A stretch of DNA of 64,000 bases from the NCBI GenBank assembly GCA_965153355.1, contig OZ231126.1, positions 49,600,001 to 49,664,000 on the forward strand, read 5' to 3'. The notes beneath the pieces were generated by a model. The model saw only the letters and a list, made by a program, of their open reading frames with translations, made no database searches and was not told the DNA's origin. Numbering within the stretch: position 1 is the first letter of the stretch; every line of letters begins with the position of its first letter. The DNA comes from Flaccisagitta enflata. Taxonomy: Eukaryota. The position numbers were made by a program, and so were the translations under genes. Of the stretch, positions 40,151-54,472 are shown one piece after another.

Positions 40151-40392
40151 TCATCTTTGTCTTCGTTTTCTTCCTCCTCCCTCAATTGTTCTTCTTTGTT
40201 CATGCCCTTCATTATCATTATTTTCATGACTTGAAATTACCAATCAAGATTCGTGTCCTTTCGGTTGCGTGCATCCCTTTTCACATCAAAGTAAAGCGAC
40301 GTATTTGTTACAGTTTGGAACACAAAAAAAAGATGTTCACTTTGGACATTATGTCCTTATCATCGTAAAATTGGCAAAACAAAAATGGCGGA

Positions 40393-40881
40393 TTTTTAGT
40401 CGCGTGCTACGCGACTCTATAAGCCACTTTTCGTTCGGTCCGTCGGTTGGTTGGTTGGTCCGTCGGTTGGTCCGTCTGTCCGTCACAAAGTCGTTTTTAA
40501 GGCATTTTATCGCGTTTTTCATGTTTCTGAATAGTGGAGAAGAAGCTTGGAGTTGTAAAAAGCTGTTTGAAATGTCTTTTTAGTCGCGTGCTACGCGACT
40601 CTACACCCCGCTTTGTCGGTCAGTCCGTCGGTCCGTCGGTCCGTCGGTCCGTCCGTCGGTCCGTCCTTCACACTTTACTTTTTTTGGTTTTTGCGTTCTT
40701 TGGCCTCACTGCTCCTGCCCAAATGATGAAGTGACCTCAAATATGGCCCCTGCCCACCCGCACGCGACTGGGGTAGCCGTGTTTCCGGCCTTCTTTGAAA
40801 AAAAATTGTCAGTCTGTCAGTCTGTCTGCCAGACTGTTTTTGAAAGTGCCGACGCACGCGACTTAGGTCTAATGACCTTGT
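40393..40881 (+). mobile_element. HINE-like element containing a nested HINE (~40579-40795)
   Basis: An uninterrupted homologue lies at 52688-52946. Confidence 0.8.
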
Positions 40882-41052
40882 CAAAACCTATTTTAATCAA
40901 CTTAACGCAAGAGAAACTAAGGAAAATCCGTGATGTTTGGAATGCTCTTCAAAAGATCTTTCATTTTTGAATTCCGAGTGGTTTTTGCATTACTGCTCCT
41001 GCCCAACCGTCCGCGACTGGATTGCCGTGTATCCGGCCTTGTTTTCTTCTAA

Positions 41053-41303
41053 GGGGGCGTTTCTAGTCAAAGACGATCGCGTTTTAAAAGGGCCACTCGG
41101 TCGCTCGCTACGTTCGTTCGCTCGCACCGCTCACTCCGCTCACTCGCTTCGCAGCGCTCCGCTTTGCTATGCTCGCTTCGCTCGCTTGCTCCGTTCACGG
41201 GCTCGCTCACTCACTTCGCTCACTCCCTCGTGGGACAGTGTTCACGCTGTTATCGCGTTTCACGGGTACAAACGCGTTTTTGGCGCTCACTAGAAACACG
41301 CCC
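41053..41303. mobile_element. PIF/Harbinger-like MITE, TAA TSD
   Basis: TAA|GGGGGCGTTTCTAGT ... ACTAGAAACACGCCC|TAA, with internal GCTC/CGCTCACT repeats. Confidence 0.75.
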
Positions 41304-42433
41304 TAAGTCCGCAAAATCTTGACTTCCGCCAAGAAGAAAACAACTACGATGATCGTCCGATTAGCGTATCAATTCCGAAATATTTTCAGGACCAACAAAA
41401 TATAAGATTTCATTGTGACTGAACGCCTGGGAGTTAAGACTTCAAATTTTCAGTGTAGATTCAAAATTTCACGCTCTTTCACGTGGTGCAATCAGATTTC
41501 ATGTAAAATGTGTCATTTTTACACCATAGTGGTATATCTTAAGCGTTAGGTATGCGTTAGGAACAAATGGGACTAGTATTAGTTGATGAAAACTCACATA
41601 ATCATAGGAGAGGACATTTCTTGATTGGTTTTGCTTGCTGTTTTCTACTGGAGACAGAATGGAGACAAGCCAAAAAAAGCCCTTTGACCAAATTTTTAGA
41701 CCCCCTAGGTGTAGGGAGGGTCACAAAAAATGGTTTGAAATTGTGCAATGGGTAGTTATGAATGTCTTTGAACCTTTTAATCATGTATCGGACAGGTATT
41801 ACATCCTCGAATTAGGTGTTGTTTATAAACGCCAAATAAACGCCGTTTATAAACAATGCTATACAACTGTTTATAAACATTAAAAATGCAAGTCAAATAA
41901 ACAAAAATTGTTTAAATGGCAGTAAAAAACGCTGTTTATAAACGACTTCACATCACTGTTTATGAACGAAGGAAAATAAGAAATTGTTTGACCTGATCAG
42001 TACAAACTGAAAATGTCCACACTAGAAAATGTTCTATTAGAAAAGTCAAAATTTTGACCCCAAAAATCGTTAAAAAGAGCCCATAATTGATCGTTTAAAA
42101 ACACAATATAATTGATGTTTATAAACAACAAAAATTAAGTGTTTACAAATGCTAAATAACTTGTGTTGACAAACACTGAAAAATATTAAAAAATTGTTTA
42201 TTTCCCCCTTAAACCCCCTATAACCACAAACATTGAAATAGATAATGTACAAAGGATTTTTTTATTTCCCTCCTCGCTCCTCTTCCTCCTTATCATTCAT
42301 AAATTGTTATTTGCCCGCAATTTATTTTGTAAATAAACAAATGTTTATTTGCTCCCAATATCCTTTCTAAATAAACAAAAAAATCATAATGATTGTATTA
42401 GACGGATCATAAACAAACGTTGAAATATCAAAT

Positions 42434-42475
42434 TCCCAATATTTCGACCGAAAAACATCAGCCTTCTTCAGGGGA
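42434..42475 (-). ncRNA. Minimal type I hammerhead ribozyme in the Penelope pLTR
   Basis: UCCC-CUGAAGA-(AGGCUGAUGUUUUUCGGUC)-GAAA-UAUU-GGGA. Confidence 0.7.
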
Positions 42476-42652
42476 GAAGAAAAATGCAAATGAGAATGAG
42501 AGAGAAAGAGAGAGAAAATGTAAGGTGGCTAATGCCAGATAGAGATAATGGGAAAAGAGACAATGGGAAGAAAGAGAGAGAGAGATTAAGCAGAAAATCT
42601 GCTTAGGGTGCCGCCTGTGGCCACCCTAATGAGCGCATGGACGACAACATAA

Positions 42653-43918
42653 TTATGTTGGTTGAGAGGCCGATGACTGTTGGCGGCGATTGCGAATACG
42701 TTGGGATTGCCTTTGGGGCTGCTGCGGTTGTTGCGACTGCTGCGGCTGCCGCGGCTGCTGCGGTTGACTCATCGCAGGTTGCCTGCGGGGTCGGCCTTGA
42801 CCACGTGGCGCCGTGTTGATTAGGTTCTCTAATTCGGGATTGTGAGGAGTGGGAGCCGCTGGTTGTTTGATGGCTTGATTGAGGATTTGGTCAAAGTGGG
42901 ATGAGAGATTGTGACGACCTGGGTCAATTTTTATGGATGGTTGAAGTGTCTTAATGTAAATGGCCTCATAGATACCTCTTAGTACCCAGTCGTTTTCGCG
43001 GTGAAGGACGATGGTGTCTTCCCTTCTGAAGTGGTGTGAGTGCTCGCGTGCGTGTTGAAGCATGGCTGATTTGTATTGGCCAAGTGCATTGGTGGCAGTG
43101 GATGTATGCTCGTTGAATCGTGCGGTGACAGTTCTCTCTGTTTCACCTACGTATCTGCCTGGGCATGGTTGGTTGTTGGCACCAGCACAGAAAATACAAT
43201 AGATGTGGCCATTCAATTCATCTTTTTCCAGTTGATCTTTGGGCTTGACCAATAATTCTCTCAATGAACCGCGCGCTGAGATGGAGACCGATATGCCATG
43301 GCTGTTAAGGAGTCTAGCAAGTGGCTCTGTTAGGCCAGCGTAGTAAGGAAGGCTAACATTGCCAAGTCTGGGTTTCTGCCGTTGTTGTTGTTGCGGCTGA
43401 GGAGGAGGAGGAGGAGGAGGAGAGGTGGCGGGCAGCGGATCGGCAGATGGAGGTTGAGGAGGAGGAGGAGGAGGAGGAGGAGGAGGAGGAGGAGGAGGAG
43501 GATCGGCAGATGGAGGTTGAGGAGGAGGAGGAGGAGGTGGAGGAGGCGGACGGTATCTGTATTTGTCGTATGCCCATTTAGGATACCCATTGAGGGCAAG
43601 GGCCTCCTTCACCCTGTCAGTTTCGGCTTTGCGAAGTTCTGGTGTGGATGGGATAAGCTCGGCACGACGAGTAAGCGCATGGATGGTGGATATCTTGTGG
43701 GATTTGGGTGCATGGCTGTCGAATGGAATGTATTGGTTTGTGTGGGTGGGCTTGCGGTAGACATCAAAGTTGAGTGAGCCATCTGGATTATGGATGATGG
43801 TAACATCCAGCATGGCTATTTTGCCGTCTTTCTCTGTTTCCTTGGTCCATTTGATGTCTGGGTGTATGGAGTTGAGATAGTCGTGGAATGGTTGTATATG
43901 GTCATTGTGGATTGCAAC
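42653..43918 (-). CDS. Penelope RT C-terminal half/thumb plus GIY-YIG endonuclease (N-terminally truncated)
   Basis: LNSIHPDIKWTKETEKDGKIAMLDV, VYRKPTHTNQYI, NGYP, LPYY, HIYCIFC...YVGET.R...RFNEH. The first ~35 aa of the 456-aa track ORF come from the inverted pLTR. Confidence 0.9.
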   Translation of the reverse strand, partial: VAIHNDHIQPFHDYLNSIHPDIKWTKETEKDGKIAMLDVTIIHNPDGSLNFDVYRKPTHTNQYIPFDSHAPKSHKISTIHALTRRAELIPSTPELRKAETDRVKEALALNGYPKWAYDKYRYRPPPPPPPPPPQPPSADPPPPPPPPPPPPPPPQPPSADPLPATSPPPPPPPQPQQQQRQKPRLGNVSLPYYAGLTEPLARLLNSHGISVSISARGSLRELLVKPKDQLEKDELNGHIYCIFCAGANNQPCPGRYVGETERTVTARFNEHTSTATNALGQYKSAMLQHAREHSHHFRREDTIVLHRENDWVLRGIYEAIYIKTLQPSIKIDPGRHNLSSHFDQILNQAIKQPAAPTPHNPELENLINTAPRGQGRPRRQPAMSQPQQPRQPQQSQQPQQPQRQSQRIRNRRQQSSASQPT

Positions 43919-44031
43919 TAATCTCTCTCTCTCTTTCTTCCCATTGTCTCTTTTCCTATTATCTCTATCTGGCATTAGCCACCTTACATTTTCTCTCTCT
44001 TTCTCTCTCATTCTCATTTGCATTTTTCTTC

Positions 44032-44074
44032 TCCCCTGAAGAAGGCTGATGTTTTTTCGGTCGAAATATTGGGA
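44032..44074 (+). ncRNA. Hammerhead ribozyme copy in the inverted pLTR
   Basis: TCCC CTGAAGA AGGCTGATGTTTTTTCGGTC GAAA TATT GGGA. Confidence 0.7.
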
Positions 44075-45443
44075 ATTTGATATTTCAACGTTTGTTTATG
44101 ATCCGTCTAATACAATCATTATGCCTCAACAACAATCGTTCAACTTTCATCGAAACAAAAAAATCGTTTATTTGGCACCATAAATTTGTTTTCATAAACA
44201 TTTACACTCATTAAGAAGTTTTTGTGTTTATAAACGCCAAAAATATGAATCTCATAGACGAATTTGTTTATTTGGGTACCATAAATTTGATTTCATAAAC
44301 AGATTTTTATATTTCTCTCCTCCTCCTCCTCATCCAAAATCGTTTATTAGCTCCCAACTTCCTTTCCAAATTGACAAAAAATCGTTTATTTGGCACTAAA
44401 AATTTGTTTTTATAAACATTTACACTCTTTTAGAAGTTTTTGTATTTATAAACATCAAAAATATGAATCTCATAAACGAATTTGTTCATTTGGTACCATA
44501 GAAAAAATGAAAATTTTTGTTGTTTACAATGGTCTACAAATAAATGTTTATGTAAATGTTTATTTGGGAGCAAATAAACAATTTTGGATGAGGAGGAGGA
44601 AGAGGAGGAGGAGGAGGAGAGAAATATAAAAATCTGTTTATGAGATCAAATTTATGGTACCAAATAAACAAATTCGTTTATGAGATTCATATATTTGGTG
44701 TCTATAAACACAAAAACTTCTAAAGGAGTGTAAACGTTTATGAAAACAAATTTATGGTGCCAAATAAACGATTTTTTGTTTATTTGGAAAGGAAATTGAG
44801 AGCAAATAAACGTTTTTGGATAAGGAGGAGAAGGAGGTGGAGGAGAAAAAAAAAATCTTAAGTACTTTTCCCATTGCAATTTTTGTGGCTATAAACAAAA
44901 GAAATAGTTTATTCTTTTGGCGTTTACAAACACAAAAAATATAGCGTTTACAAACACTTAATTTTTGTTGTTTATAAACATCAATATTATTGTGTTTATA
45001 AACGATCAATTATGGGCTCAGTTTAACGATTTTTGGAGCAAAAAAAATGGTAGCAACCTTCAAATTTTTGAATTGTTTAATAGAACATTTTCTAGCTTGA
45101 GCTTTTTCAGTTTGTACTGATCAGGTCAAACAATTTCTTTTTTTCCTCCAATTATAGACGGTAATAAAGAGTCGTTTATAAACAGCGTTTTTAAATACCA
45201 TATAAACAATTTTGTTTATTTGATATGCATCTTTTGATGTTTATAAACAGTTGTTTAGCATTGTTTATAAACGGTGTTTATTTGGCGTTTATAAACAACC
45301 CTAATATCGAGCACGTAATATCTCGTATCGGAAGCTTGTGCTCACGTAGATTGGTAGAAAGTCGGGCCCTCCTGCTTGCTGCGGAGCCATGACATTTGCC
45401 ATATATCTAACTCGGCTTTTTTTCCATCGTCAAGATAGTACAT

Positions 45444-45939
<496 letters not shown>

Positions 45940-46099
45940 GATAAACCTGGCATATTGCGGCCAAACAAATCAATTGTTGCCATACATGGCTAACCTTTTC
46001 AGGATTCTCGGTAATCAACAGCGACAATAAGGCCAATATAATCAATCTACAGTCATACTACGTCATTCATTGATTTTGACGTAGTAACTGCAACCAACA

Positions 46100-46747
46100 A
46101 GTTTAAGTCGCTTGCATGCAACTCTATAACCCGCCATGTCCGTTGGTCGGTCTATCGGTTGGTCCATCGGTCCGTTGGTGGAGCTCAGGTTAGTCGTGGA
46201 CACGTGACTCTACAGCTTGCTGTGTTTGTCATTAGGTCGGTCAGTAGGTTCGTCCGTCCATTCCCTCATAACGTTTTTAGTTGCGTCCTCGCATCTCTAT
46301 AAGAGGGTCAGTCCGTCCGTCGGTCTGTCCGTCGGTCCATCCGTCGGTCCGTTACGCCTTTTTAAAAATCGCGTTTCTCAGCTGTTTTTGGCCACAGAGA
46401 GATCGTATACTGAATTAAACGATTGAAACACGTGTTTTGAGAGACTTCTTTGACTCCTATGTCAGATATTCCAGCAGTTTGTCTATCTGCAATCTGTTCA
46501 TCCATCTGTCTAACACAATCAGCGTGAATTTCGCTCCACATAAGGACACGGTCAGGACGCATCATTGCCCGGTCGGGCTTGTTTAATTCCAAGCGGTTTT
46601 TGCATCACTACTCCTGTCCAACCATTCGCGACTGGAATGCCGTATATCCGGCCTTGTTTGGCTTTTACAGGTGGTTTTTGCATTACTGTTCCTGCCAAAA
46701 ATGGTTGGATTGCATTTTTAGTCGCGTGCATTCTATAACCCGCTCTA

Positions 46748-46797
<50 letters not shown>

Positions 46798-47050
46798 GGT
46801 CGGTCGGTACCACTTAGCTTTTTTCTTTGTTTTACATTATTTTGAGTCATTTCATGTCATTTTAAGTTGTTTAAGGTTATTCTAAGTCCATATACATTTA
46901 GTCTTTTAGTCTCTTAATCTAGTCTTTTAGTCTTTTAGTCTTTTGGTTTTATGGTCTTAACAACCGCACGCGACTGTAAGGTGTTGGCCTTGTTTATCAC
47001 TGCTTCTGTCCACCCGTATGATACTTGAGTTACCGCGTATCCGGCCTTGG
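46100..47050 (+). mobile_element. Cluster of HINE-like elements and fragments
   Basis: Several TTAGT(C/T)GCG starts, GTCY repeats and CCGG(C)CTTG(TT) ends. Confidence 0.6.
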
Positions 47051-47382
47051 TGATTTCACGGGCTACCCAAATTGCGTGATAAAAAAAAGAATAATTCAAG
47101 GATTTGGGCATCGAAAAAAGTAAGATGAGAGGATCAGGTGGGACAATTAAAAAGGCATTGCCTCTGCCCCTCTCTCTTTCTCTCTTATTAGCATTGGCCA
47201 CTCGATCGTAGTCCAATGAGCGATAATTGGCAGCGCCAATCAATGGTCAAATCTTGTGTATGTAGTGTTTAGTTCAGTATGTTGCTTAGTAACTCGACCA
47301 CAACTGGGGACATTAACTCACCTTTTTGTCTAGCTCGCTAATCATTACTTAGTCTTTGTTGAGGAAAGGATATACAGCAGTC

Positions 47383-47516
<134 letters not shown>

Positions 47517-48297
47517 TAGTAAGAAGATACCCCACTCCAGTCCGATCTTAAGTAATTGGGAGAACCACTCTAGACCGAATTGGTAGTTGAGTTACCAAAC
47601 CACTCAAGTCCGATTCTGACTTGAGTGGATAAAGACTTTACTAGCCTTATTTTGAGAATTGGATTCGGACTAGAGTGGTTCCCCCGTTTTGTCGGATTCG
47701 AAATAGAAGGGTTTGGAAGATGACTTTGGATGAAGATTCGACCTAGACTTTAGCGGTCATCAGGAGTAAGGGGAGCAAATAAGTATCAACACTATTGGCA
47801 TTAAGGCGACACACACTTCACTCGCAGACGCTTGTGGGTGGGCAAGGGTACTGAGGCAGTCTTGTACTTGACTACAAGGCAGGAACATCGGCAAGAGCAG
47901 AGACGTAGTAAATCAGTAAATACGACGCGCGTATTAACGAACTGATAATTGGCTTACGAGCTCGCTTTCCACGCGACTAAGAATAGAAACGCTTCTAGAG
48001 TTGAGACTGCACAATAGAATTTGGCAACGAAATCTCTGTTGCTGGTGCACGTGTTCTTATCGTCACAAGCGAGCAATGCTACTACCTATTCGCTTTCTTT
48101 CTTGTTTCTTATTCGCGTGCATAAAATTCTATGTCTGGAGATCCGTCTGTCTGATGATTGGATAGTCCCAATTTGCTTTTATCTTTAATCGGCTTTGTCC
48201 GTCCGTTCATCGGTCCATCGGTCTGTCGTCACTCGAGTTGGAGTGTGTGTGTGTTCGGTGTGTGTGTGTGTTCGGTGTGTGTTCGGTGTGTGTGTTC

Positions 48298-48431
<134 letters not shown>

Positions 48432-48529
48432 GGGGTTGTATGCTCCTGCCTACGTTAACGATTTACTAGGGGAAACAGGCCAACACCTATACGTCGCGTG
48501 CGGGACGTGAATACTTTTATTGTCCTGAC

Positions 48530-49592
48530 TCCATCAGTTTCAATTAAAGCCTTGAAACCCACCAGTTTAAATTCAAGTCCAGCAGTTCCAATTCAAGCCC
48601 ACTAATTTCAATTCATGCCCACCAGTTCCAAATCAAGTCTTGGCACTCACCAGTTTCATTTCAAGCCTTGAAAACCACCAGTTTTGATTCAAGCCCATCT
48701 ATTTCAATTTAAGCCAACCAGTTTCAATTCAAGCCCACCAGTTTCAATTCAAATCTTGAAACCCCCCAGTTTCTATTCAAGCCTTGAAACCCACTAGTTT
48801 CAATTCAAACCTTGAATCCCACCAGTTTCAATTCAAGCCTTGAAACCCACCAGTTTCTATTCAAGCCTTGAATCCCACCAGTTTCTATTCAAGCCTTGAA
48901 ACCCACTAGTTTCAATTCAAGCCTTGAAATCCACCAGTTTCAATTCTACTATCTAGAACATATGTATGTCGACAGGCATTTTAAGCAATAACTCTGTTAA
49001 GAATAAATTTTTTTTATAAAAATCAGTGAGATTCTGAAACTATTTCGAATTTCTGACCAAATGCCGCAATCCGCATCCTTTTAGCTCAAGGCGTTTAGAA
49101 TCGACAGGCAAAACAATATTGATACTTCAATTAGAAAATGGCCAAAAAAATGCATCTTGTTTCTTTACAAGTTACTAAGTCTCCTTTCAAATAGATTGGA
49201 GGTTTTTTCCACCCTATTTTTGGTCCTAATTACAGTGCCCAACACCTTTGCTACATTATCTTGGTTGATTTCAACTTCTCTGAATCATTGGGATTGCAAC
49301 TGAAGCAAAAGGGAGAACATGGCATACACTAAGGAATTTTTTAAATAGAGTTTTATGAGGGATAGTTATCATACATTTATACAAAGCATTTGTGTTAAAG
49401 TGCTTAGAAAACCCACATACAAATATGTGTTGAAACCCAAACACATAATATTAAGCATTTGACATGTTTTGGAGGTTTTTCTATGATTCCTATACTGTTA
49501 AATTAACCTATCCCCATACTGTCGATATACTTATGTTCTAGATAGTAGCCTTGAAACCCACCAGTTTCAATTTTAGCCCTGAAATTCACCAG
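48530..49592. repeat. 19/29-bp tandem repeat (CCACCAGTTTCAATTCAAGCCTTGAAAC) interrupted by a MITE
   Basis: Directly visible. The array resumes at 49548. Confidence 0.85.
48949..49545. mobile_element. MITE with TA TSD inside the tandem array
   Basis: TA|CTATCTAGAACATATGTATGTCGACAG ... CTGTCGATATACTTATGTTCTAGATAG|TA. Confidence 0.85.
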
Positions 49593-49931
49593 GAAGGACT
49601 ACATTTTTGAAAATTTTTGTTTAAAGTTCGGTGATTTTAAAGATGACGTGAAATGATGTAAAATGACTCAAAATTCCTAAAAATGACATAAAATAACATG
49701 AAATGACTTACAATTACTAGGGATGACTAAAAATGACAAACGTCCAAAACTGACTAAAAATGATGTAGAATGACTTAAATTGACTTAAAACATCTCAAAA
49801 TGACTAAAAATGACAATAAGGACCCATATGAATAAAGTGACATAAATGACTAAAGATGACTAAAACTGATGTCTTGAAATGACATAAAATGACTCAGAAT
49901 GACACGCGATTAAATGAGAAAGCCTAGAAAA

Positions 49932-50151
<220 letters not shown>

Positions 50152-50977
50152 AAAAAAGAAAAAAAAAGAAAAAGAAAAAAGAAAGAAACGACTGAATTAC
50201 GGAAAATTGGTGGTGGATTTGGGCGAAGAAGAAGAAATTTACGTTTTTGACTTTTGACCCTTTTGCTGGGAGCCATCGGTCCAAAGGCAAAGCCGAAGGG
50301 AAACCGCTTTTACAATTTCCATAATTCCAACCACGAGAGAATGACGAATCGGTGGGATTTTTTTTTCCAGTCGCATGCATGCTACTCTATCAAAGCCATT
50401 TTTTGGTTGGTCTGTCTGTTTTTTCCACTTTGCACTGCCCAATAGCTGATATGGTGCATGTATCTGCGGAATTGCCTGCCTACCACTAATAGGCATCCTT
50501 GTGCATTGTGCAACCATATACATACAGTTAAGCCCCGGAGTAACAGATGTCAAGGCACCAACAAATGGTAATAATTGTAATAGGCAAATTTCCATCAAAG
50601 CCAACATAAGAAATAAACAGAAATCTTATCAACTGTCTAAGATTTCATATTCATTTTACGCAGATTTGTTGGGAAAAAAATCGAAAAACGTTTTTCGATT
50701 TTTTGAGTTCAGGGTTAGGAATTTATGTTTCCCTTTTTCGCTTGCGACAATTTGAGGAAGTTGGGTCAGAACTAGGCTCGCCCGTGGCTGGGGTTGAAAT
50801 TGGTACAGGGTGGAAGAGGGCACTTTTTTACACCTTCTGGAAAAAAGCAGGGCACTGTCGGACCAACACTTTAGGCGCTATGAATTTTTTAATCTTTTTT
50901 TAATTTTTCACATTTTCCGCGATATTTTTCATCGATCTCAATTTTAGGCCCTATGTAACAACAAAAATGAGTTTAGC

Positions 50978-51795
<818 letters not shown>

Positions 51796-52244
51796 AGAGG
51801 CGCGTGAATGCAATGAGGAGAAAAAAGAAACTGAAAAAAAAAAACAGAAACAATCTTACGATTTTTTTCCGGTCGGCGAGAGCCGCCTTTACTGGTATAA
51901 CTCTTGGATTCGTTATAGTGGGGTGTAAATCGAACCTTGATCTTGCTCTACGTTCTCTCTCTCCATGCCTGATGGAAGTTCAGAATGAACTATGATACTA
52001 ACGTTTCATTTTGGTGGCTTAGGAACCATAAAAACAAACATATACAGCTAGAGGGTGATTTTTATGCGGTCCTTCCCATTCTCTTTGTGTATTTCTTTTC
52101 TCCTTTTAATCCAAACGTCCAAACGTCCAAACGTCCAAACGTCCAAACGTCCAAACGTCCGTGCGTACAAGCAAATGGTTTTTAAACCATTTAGCAGGAT
52201 GCTCCACTTGTGGGACACCTACGAAAGCAAATGTCAACACCAAA

Positions 52245-52272
52245 GACAACAACAACGACAACAACAACAACC

Positions 52273-52363
<91 letters not shown>

Positions 52364-52394
52364 AAACCACAACCACAACCACAACCACAACCAT

Positions 52395-52492
<98 letters not shown>
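52245..52492. repeat. (CAA)n microsatellite, preceded by (TCCAAACG)n at 52110-52160
   Basis: Directly visible. Confidence 0.95.
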
Positions 52493-52687
52493 GTACAATG
52501 ATCTGAATCTAAAGCCACCAAGAATTACTTTAATGATTCACTGTTAACCTCAGTGTTCCTTCGCCTCAACTACTTCCGTTTTGCCGCTTTGTTAGGTTGC
52601 AAAAACGCGACTCTGACCTTTGGTTGATCCTTTCATCCGTCAGTTGTTAGTAACAACTTGTTACCGAACATAGTTCACTTGCCAACG

Positions 52688-52946
52688 TTTTTAGTCGCGT
52701 GCTACGCGACTCTATAAGCCACTTTTTGGTCCGTCGGTCCGTCGGTCGGTCGGTCGGTCCGTCCGTCCGTCACAAAACTGTTTTAACGGCTTTTTAAGGC
52801 GATTTTTACATCTGAATGGTAGAAAAGAATATTTGTGGAGTAAACAGCCATTTTGAATGTCTTTTTGATAAAAAATGTTTGTCTGTCTGTCTGCCTGACT
52901 TTTTATGAAAGTGCCGACGCATGCGACTTAGGTCTAATGACCTTGT
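52688..52946 (+). mobile_element. HINE-like element
   Basis: TTTTAGTCGCGTGCTACGCGACTCTATAA ... GCATGCGACTTAGGTCTAATGACCTTGT. Confidence 0.8.
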
Positions 52947-53250
52947 CTTTTTTTTTGTTTGCGAGTGTTTCCCTGCCATACCAAATTCTTAGGTGCGCCA
53001 ACCCACCTCTCTAACTGGCTGTGTTCGTTGGTTGATTGGTCGGTTGGTTAATTGGTCGGTTGGTTAATTGTTCGGTCGGTTTGTCGGTTGGTCAGTAACG
53101 CAAATGTTTGACAATCCACATGGCGCACCTATTTGCCTACTTGACCATGTTCTTTTATCAAAAATTTCTGCGAATTTTTCGGCCCTCCTTTTCTTTTTAA
53201 GTTGCGCACACACGACTCTATAGGTAGTTATGTCGTGTTCTGTGACTGTG

Positions 53251-53399
<149 letters not shown>

Positions 53400-53902
53400 T
53401 TGACGCTGTTCTACCGAAGTCTCAAGGTACTGGAAAACTCTGTTGTACCAGGCGGTTTTCTTTTTAGCCAACATAGAAAGTAAAAATAATAATCGACTGG
53501 AGGAACTAAGAATTTAATTCTTTACAGTCGAATTTTCGTTTCGAGCGTGTTTTTTAGAACGTGATGTGACTGTACCTATGTGTATTTTTTGTAGAACTGC
53601 CTATGCCCAACCGGTGCCCAACCGATTAAGCAGAAAATGTAATAAAAGATAAATGGACTCTATTAGGATGAAATAGTACGATGACTGATTTTCAACTTGC
53701 TTTTTCGCTTTTTCATATAATGATTTTTGGGCCATCTTGTTTTGGAGAAACTTCCCCATATCTTATGCCCAAAATAAAAGCAAGCACTAAGCCCAAGGAT
53801 CAAATATGCAAAGCAGACCGTATTTTCTTTTTAGCGATTTTCGATTACTGCGTCTTTCCTCAAAGGTGAGGGGAGAACAAGAGCCAGAGGGAAGGTGCGG
53901 GC

Positions 53903-54023
<121 letters not shown>

Positions 54024-54361
54024 AGACGGACCAAAAAGAAAAACATACAATCACCTCGAAAGACAGACATGTAGAGAAAGAGTCAGATACGTGAACAGCC
54101 AGACAGACGTGCAGAGATACAGACAGGCAGATGAAAAGAAAGATAGATGGAAAGATAGACTGATAGATAGGTAGATAGATAGGCAGATGGATGCTGAAAT
54201 GCCAGTCGAGTAGGAGACAGGGGGAAAAGATTTCTCCCGCATTTCAATTTCAATTAAAGTGAGTTGGAATCCCTTCTTGAAGCCGACATTGTTTCCTGTT
54301 TTCTTGCCCTCGTGGGACCAAGGGCTTCAAATTCAAATTGGCAAAACGGGCAGGCTAAGGG

Positions 54362-54472
<111 letters not shown>

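Larger units (their letters stand above)
42386..44152 (-). mobile_element. 5'-truncated Penelope-like element with inverted pseudo-LTR and 13-bp TSD
   Basis: RT-thumb plus GIY-YIG ORF. 42385-42588 is inverted at 43919-44123. TSD AAACAAAAAAATC at 42373-42385 and 44153-44165. Confidence 0.9.
41797..45320. mobile_element. Foldback-like element with long imperfect inverted arms rich in GTTTATAAAC; hosts the Penelope insertion
   Basis: 41797-~42200 is the reverse complement of ~44900-45320, and internal modules 44166-44500 are inverted relative to 44560-44850. Confidence 0.8.

Noticed and set aside
43919-44023. N-terminus MQMRMREKERE... of the 456-aa ORF
   Set aside because: Derived from the inverted pLTR, so it is a chance in-frame fusion and not the native start.
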